DNA of 64,000 bases, taken from the NCBI GenBank assembly GCA_965205275.1, contig OZ242168.1:991291-1055290 (forward strand), read 5' to 3'. Positions 58,887-64,000 of this stretch are shown here, piece by piece (the first letter of the stretch is position 1; every line of letters starts with the position of its first letter). The position numbers and the translations under genes are program-made. This DNA is from Gammaproteobacteria bacterium (lineage in GTDB: Bacteria > Pseudomonadota > Gammaproteobacteria > UBA4575). The notes beneath the pieces are model-generated. The model saw nothing but the letters and a program-made list of their open reading frames with translations, made no database searches and had not been told where the DNA came from.

Positions 58887-59210
58887 AGTACGCTGGACTG
58901 TCCATTCCTGGAGAACTCGCAAGGCATTAACCTACACGCAGACTGCATTCGATTGCGTCAGTCAGCCTCGTGTATGGATGTGTTGCGGTGTCTTCATTGA
59001 ACCATAGCTGTTCCCTGCGTGGGCGCTGTACGATCAGTTGCATGCATGCCTCATGCAGCTGAGGTGCCGATGTAGCCAACACCTTCCCAGCGCAATCCGA
59101 TCAAAAAGTAGCTAAAAAAAACCGCTACAGTTCTTGTATCGGTTTTCTATTGCTTTTTCCTTTTTTATGCCTAGCATGAGTCAGCCTTGCAGAAAAACAG
59201 GAAAATCCCA

Positions 59211-59393
59211 ATGAATCGCAGAATTGTAAGGCTGAAGGAAGTCCAGCGCATGACTGGATTATCCCGTTCAACCATTTATGCGGAAATTGCCAAAGGCAAT
59301 TTCCCGAAACAGATCAAGCTAACCGGAGCCCGGTCGGTCGGCTGGCATGAAAGTGTAGTGCTCCAGTGGATCGAATCCAGGCAACAGGCATGA
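59211..59393 (+). CDS. AlpA family regulator/excisionase
   Basis: RLKEVQRMTGLSRSTIYAEIAKGNFPKQIKL..RSVGW. Confidence 0.92.
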   Translation: MNRRIVRLKEVQRMTGLSRSTIYAEIAKGNFPKQIKLTGARSVGWHESVVLQWIESRQQA

Positions 59394-59425
59394 CGCAGGA
59401 AAAATCCCTGGTTAAAAGCTTTTGC

Positions 59426-60660
59426 TTAGCCGTTGGCCACTTTGGAAAATATCGGAATCACCTTCCCTGATGCTCTCATTTCGTCCAGATAATCGGCCCA
59501 CCACTGCATCATCGCCCGGCGCTCATCCAGATAGTGGGCATGGTAGGTATACGCAGCCCGGACACTGTTCCTCTCCTTGTGGGCCAACTGACGTTCAATC
59601 GCGTCCGGATTGAAGCCGGTCTCATTCAGGATTGAGGAGGCGGTCGCCCTGAATCCATGCGGCACCGCCTTGCTCTTGCCTTCATGTGTACCGTCATAGC
59701 CCAGCTTGAAAATGGCCTTGCGCATGGTGTTATCGGACATCTCGCGGGTGCGGTCCCGCTCGGACGGGAACACCAGGTCATACTTACCGGTCATGCCCTT
59801 CAGCAGTTCAATCACTTCCATGGCCTGTCTGGACAGGGGAACCAGATGCTCATTCCTCATCTTCATGCGATCGGCAGAGATACGCCAGACCTTGTCCTCA
59901 AGATCAAACTCCTCCCACTTGGCCCCGCGCAACTCGCCGGAGCGAACAAAAGTCAACAGTAATAGCTTGATCGCACGCTGGGTCAGCATGCGGCCCTGGT
60001 CGCTATAGGTTTCGAGAGCTTTCAGAAACTGCGGCAGTTCCTCTCTGGGTAAAGAAGCCCAGTGCCGGACCTTGCGGCGTTTGACAATGCCTTCCAGATC
60101 GCCAGCGGGGTTACTGGTAGCAATGCCTTGCTGAACTGCAAAGCGACAGACAGCATTGATGGCTTGCTTGACCCGGTTGGCGACATCCAGTGCACCACGT
60201 GCTTCAACCCTGCGAACCGTGGCAATAACCTGTTTAGGCGTGATTTCATCAATGGATAAATAACCCAAGTCCTGGAAAGTATTGTCTTCCAGCCTCTTGA
60301 GCACCCTTGTGGCATGATCCGGACTCCAGGTGTCTTTTTGATGATCCCACCATTTATAGGCGACATCCTTGAAGCGATTCATCTGTCTTGCCAGTTTTTC
60401 TTCCTTGCGAACCTCGCCGGGGTCCTGATCTTTTTCAAGCTGAAGCTTGGCCTTTCTGCGCTTTTCCCTGGCATCCTTGAGACTGACCTCGGAATAGACC
60501 CCCAGTGCCAAGGTCTTGCGCTTGCCCGGAATCGATAATCCATACGCCAGTACTTACAACTATTTTTCTTGACTAGCAGATACATGCCGCCACCATCCGC
60601 CATCTTGTAGTCTTTAGAGCGGGGTTTTGTTGCCTTGATGCGTGTATTGGTCAGGGCCAT
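59426..60660 (-). pseudogene. P4-like tyrosine integrase with a frameshift near 60528
   Basis: MALTNTRIK..ADGGGMYL..WRMDYRF / GKRKTLALGVY; catalytic VRSGE, HGFR, LAH, AAY intact. Confidence 0.88.
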
Positions 60661-60663
60661 TTT

Positions 60664-60713
60664 TGACGGTACTTTTTACTGGTTAGGTCGAGATACCGTC
60701 AAAAGTACCGTCA
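60664..60713. promoter_or_regulatory. Integrase arm-type binding sites
   Basis: TGACGGTA once and its complement TACCGTCA twice, just upstream of int. Confidence 0.65.
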
Positions 60714-60837
60714 TTTCTTCTGGATATCAACAAACCTTATCGGATATTAAAAAACTGCTTTATACTTATAACTTATTGTTTTTAAATTATTTTATGTACA
60801 TTACAGGATTTTATTGGACGTTACTGGAAAGCCCAAA

Positions 60838-60913
60838 TGGAGCCCATAACCGGATTTGAACCGGTGACCTCTTCCTTACCAAGGAAGTGCTCTGCCGACT
60901 GAGCTATATGGGC
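60838..60913 (-). tRNA. tRNA-Thr(GGT)
   Basis: Full cloverleaf, anticodon loop TTGGTAA, CCA end. Confidence 0.97.
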
Positions 60914-61038
60914 AATACCTTTCCGCGTAACTGTACCTCTTAAAAATTCAAGCCGTAGCACCGTTTGATGTCTTGATCATGCATGCGATATCTGCGACTC
61001 CGACGCTGTACCCGGACTTCTGTTATTTTGCGAGATCC

Positions 61039-61112
61039 TGGAGCGGGTGATCGGGATCGAACCGACATCATCAGCTTGGAAGGCTGGGGTTCTACCATTG
61101 AACTACACCCGC
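61039..61112 (-). tRNA. tRNA-Gly(TCC)
   Basis: GCGGGTGTAGTTCAATGGTAGAAC...CTTCCAA...CCA. Confidence 0.97.
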
Positions 61113-61160
61113 AGAATCTGAAACAGGACTATTTTGGTACCCGGGATTCTAAACGTTAAA

Positions 61161-61245
61161 TGGTGGAGGGGGAAGGATTCGAACCTCCGAAGGCTGAGCC
61201 GGCAGATTTACAGTCTGCTCCCGTTGACCGCTTGGGTACCCCTCC
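61161..61245 (-). tRNA. tRNA-Tyr(GTA)
   Basis: 85 nt with long variable arm, CTGTAAA loop, CCA end. Confidence 0.97.
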
Positions 61246-61461
61246 AATGGGAAAAGATTGTGTGTATATATCTGTATACTGCCAATATTGCAACACGCGA
61301 TATGAATTTTTAGAGCAGACGCTGTTTACATTGATACGCAATATTGCTCTTGTCTTTTGATATGAACAGTTTTACACCTCATTGTAAAATATCAATTTAT
61401 GGTTCGTGCCTGCATGACTTTGGTATTCACCGCCATTGCTTACACTCATACTGACTAAACT

Positions 61462-61700
61462 ATGGATGTAACGACTTACGGCTCGGGTTATGTCGGCCTG
61501 GTAACTGCAGCCTGCCTTGCACAGGCGGGAAACAATATTCTTTGCATTGATACCGGTGCAAACAGAATAAACAAGCTCAAGCAATGCATGGTTCCGATAC
61601 ATGAGCCTAGCCTGCAGGAACTCATACCAAACAAATCTGGAAGCCGGCCGTATTGATTTCACGCTTGATGCAGCAACTGGGGTTCAGATATTTTGCAATT
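61462..61700 (+). pseudogene. ugd: UDP-glucose/GDP-mannose dehydrogenase N-terminal fragment
   Basis: YGSGYVGLVTAACLAQAGN..PIHEPSLQEL, frameshift into GRIDFTLDA, then ends. Confidence 0.8.
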
Positions 61701-61729
61701 GGCCGAGGTGACTCGTTATACCGATAATG

Positions 61730-62623
61730 CTACAGGAGTACGGTGTCCAGGTATTTCCTGAACGGCTTTTCTACAATATCGATTTCCAAGGCCTGTTTTT
61801 GCACAGTGTTCATTGTGTCCAATGCCAGCACAAGGTCTTCCGCAATCGCTGGACAATGCCGGACTATGCTTACCGGGGCCGTATACACCTTGATGCCAAA
61901 GGCAATATGTCCGGTTTCCTTCAGCTTCTGGAAAGTCTGGCGTTCGCAACGTAGGTACAGGTGACTTTCGATGTTTTCCTGAGTGATCCTGGCAAGACTT
62001 TTGCGCATCTTGGGGCGATTCGGGAATATACAATAATCGGACACTTCAGAAAGAAACCAGTTTGACCTCATATAGCATTCACCAACTGACAGATTTTTAA
62101 AAAAATGACAAATCATGCGGCCAATTTTTTCTTCAAGATTTGTGACCGGCGCATGGATCGCCGTCAGTGGCTTACCCATTTTTTCAGATAACTCCCATCG
62201 TGTAGGTGCACAAACACAGGCCGCCACCAACCGAAAATCGTTGTCATATTCTTCCAGCAGACAATAGTCATCAGCAACCAGATAGCTGATCAGCTCAAGA
62301 GGACAGGCTGTGTAGTTTGAAATTTTATAGGTTATATTCTCCCTAATGCTGAATATTTCATTATGACTGAATTCGAACCATTCAGTTCGATGCTGTCGTA
62401 AAAATTCAAGGACAGAATCCAGCAGCGCATTCTGGGAAGGGATACTACCATCACGCGCATCAAGCACTCTTTTCCCATATCGGTTGATCAGCTTTTTCTT
62501 TTCACGAATTCGATCCGGGAAATCATCTTCGTACTGGATCCAGTCTGACAACTCGATTGGACTAAGGCCTAAACGCAAACGACCACGTCTACCGTTGAAT
62601 GGATAATAATTTTCAACCGACAC
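61730..62623 (-). CDS. DUF3445 / heme-dependent oxidative N-demethylase alpha-subunit-like protein
   Basis: CVCAPTRWELSEKMGKPLTAIHAPV, RSNW, LRCERQTFQKL, FGIKVY. Confidence 0.82.
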   Translation of the reverse strand: MSVENYYPFNGRRGRLRLGLSPIELSDWIQYEDDFPDRIREKKKLINRYGKRVLDARDGSIPSQNALLDSVLEFLRQHRTEWFEFSHNEIFSIRENITYKISNYTACPLELISYLVADDYCLLEEYDNDFRLVAACVCAPTRWELSEKMGKPLTAIHAPVTNLEEKIGRMICHFFKNLSVGECYMRSNWFLSEVSDYCIFPNRPKMRKSLARITQENIESHLYLRCERQTFQKLKETGHIAFGIKVYTAPVSIVRHCPAIAEDLVLALDTMNTVQKQALEIDIVEKPFRKYLDTVLL

Positions 62624-62678
62624 TGCAACAAGTGTTTCCTGTGAAGATTACAGAACAATATACATCTGCTTGCGCGCC

Positions 62679-63416
62679 TTATGGGTTGCGGGCAAATGCA
62701 AAAAACAACGCATACCTGGCATTGGCAATCTGTACACTTAACTGATCTTCTTCCATGAATGACACACCTTCATACTCTCCGCTGACTGAACTGCACTTGC
62801 TGATTTCCACTGTGATTTTGTACGCATTATAATCAGGATCGATCAGACCCATCTGTCCCCGATATTCACAATTATCAGAATCATGACCTTTGATCACACC
62901 CTCAGATTCAATGCCGAATTCTGTAGTCAGATTATCCCTGTCCGTGTACGACCAGACTCCCGCAATCATTTCCAAAGATGACGGAGTATCATAAGCAGCG
63001 TCATACACAAGATTCAATGCCCCCGTATCACCTCCTTTCATTGTGACAAAATGCGAGGTAATTACATTTTGTTCTTTTGCTTTCCCGGTAAGCGTTGCCA
63101 AATCAAACGGGCCGCCATCCAATACAAATAGTGCATACCTGGAAGTATAATTCTCGCCATCCAGTTCCGCGGTACCTACACACATGGTTTTTGCACGTTG
63201 ACTGTACGCGTATGCCTTGCCACCAATATGTACTGCAGTAAAGTCGTACGGGCCTCTGCCCCCTATATCAAACTCACCCACCCAGATCCCGTCTAACGGC
63301 GCGCGCGGTGATAATGCCGAAACCCGTTTATTACCGTCGACATGTGTAGCGGTGCACCCACTGAGCAGCCAAAAACACATTGCCAAACAAAGTGAGAAAA
63401 TTATTTTGTGCTGCAT
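62679..63416 (-). CDS. Hypothetical lipoprotein
   Basis: Signal peptide with LLSGC lipobox; two beta-rich halves (GIWVG / GVWSY). Confidence 0.7.
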   Translation of the reverse strand: MQHKIIFSLCLAMCFWLLSGCTATHVDGNKRVSALSPRAPLDGIWVGEFDIGGRGPYDFTAVHIGGKAYAYSQRAKTMCVGTAELDGENYTSRYALFVLDGGPFDLATLTGKAKEQNVITSHFVTMKGGDTGALNLVYDAAYDTPSSLEMIAGVWSYTDRDNLTTEFGIESEGVIKGHDSDNCEYRGQMGLIDPDYNAYKITVEISKCSSVSGEYEGVSFMEEDQLSVQIANARYALFFAFARNP

Positions 63417-63558
63417 CAAAGTGAAATGACCTTTTTTGAAGTATGAGACCTGCATTGCAGTTCCCAACACATGGATTACGGATTTTCCTGACATATAGGC
63501 TACCCATGTCCCCGGAATAAACGGTTACCTATGTGCCCGGTATGGACCTCTTGCAAAT

Positions 63559-63609
63559 TGGAGCTGGCGATAGGATTTGAACCTACGACCTGCTGATTAC
63601 AAATTAGCT
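63559..63609 (-). repeat. 3' half of tRNA-Thr(TGT): att site of an integrative element
   Basis: TTTGTAATCAGCAGGTCGTAGGTTCAAATCCTATCGCCAGCTCCA with no 5' acceptor strand or D arm. Confidence 0.85.
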
Positions 63610-63767
63610 TTCCTTATATTTCCAGCCACTCAATCTGCTTGAGTCTGTATGAGTAGTTTCTTTATTATTCAAGTATATATACTATAATATCGGTTAGTTT
63701 GCTTGAATCGGGTTGATGCTGTATTCTGTCTAATTGGTGACTCAATGGTGACTTTAAAGGCTAAATT

Positions 63768-64000
63768 TTGATTACAGAGCGAATTATACGCGATGCGAAG
63801 CCAGGAGAAAAACCTCAAATTATGTGGGATAGCACGGTTAGGGGGCTTGGCATCAAGGTTTTCCCAAGCGGACAAAAATCATTTGTCATTTCGTATCGAG
63901 TAGCGGGCAGAAAGCGTCTCGCAACACTAGCACGATGTTCTGAGATCTCGTTGCGTGAGGCCCGAGAACGTGCAGGTAAAGAGTTGGCCGCTACCCGTTC
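63768..64000 (+). CDS. Tyrosine integrase N-terminal Arm-DNA-binding domain (runs off the window)
   Basis: ITERIIRDAKPG..MWDSTVRGLGIKVFPSGQKSFVISYR...SLREARERA; TGGTGACT direct repeat upstream. Confidence 0.8.
   Translation, partial: MITERIIRDAKPGEKPQIMWDSTVRGLGIKVFPSGQKSFVISYRVAGRKRLATLARCSEISLREARERAGKELAATR

Larger units (their letters stand above)
57050..60837. mobile_element. Degenerate integrative islet at the tRNA-Thr(GGT) 3' end; left boundary uncertain
   Basis: P4-like integrase abutting the tRNA, AlpA, GC-rich cargo; no second att copy found. Confidence 0.7.

Noticed and set aside
63559-63609. Functional tRNA-Thr(TGT)
   Set aside because: The 5' acceptor strand and D arm are absent, so it is treated as an att duplicate

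Overview
Chromosomal window from a gammaproteobacterium (inferred from gene order and sequences), standard genetic code. (1) 1-13.8 kb: mosaic surface-glycan locus for a pseudaminic-acid-type nonulosonic acid: pseB/pseC divergent from pseF-pseG-pseI, no pseH in the window. It also encodes a KpsS-like transferase, an LPS-kinase-family protein, WbqC, an FAD oxidoreductase, two SAM methyltransferases and an MBL-fold protein, plus a tadA scar. (2) 13.9-26.5 kb: ssb and uvrA with decaying toxin-antitoxin/defence cargo on both sides of uvrA: IS3 relics, NERD and DUF4238 pseudogenes, AbrB-Doc, HTH-Fic, a diverged ~207-bp duplication, TM2, HigBA and BrnTA. A DUF62 SAM hydrolase follows. (3) 26.6-57.0 kb, minus strand: intact core cluster tRNA-Trp-secE-nusG-rplKAJL-rpoBC-str-S10-spc-alpha. 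(4) 57.0-64 kb: a degenerate P4-like integrase islet at tRNA-Thr(GGT) sits where the second tuf normally lies. Beyond it are tRNA-Gly/Tyr, a ugd fragment, a DUF3445 gene, a lipoprotein, and the att end plus integrase start of a second element at tRNA-Thr(TGT). Products are assigned from motif recognition only; no searches were run.
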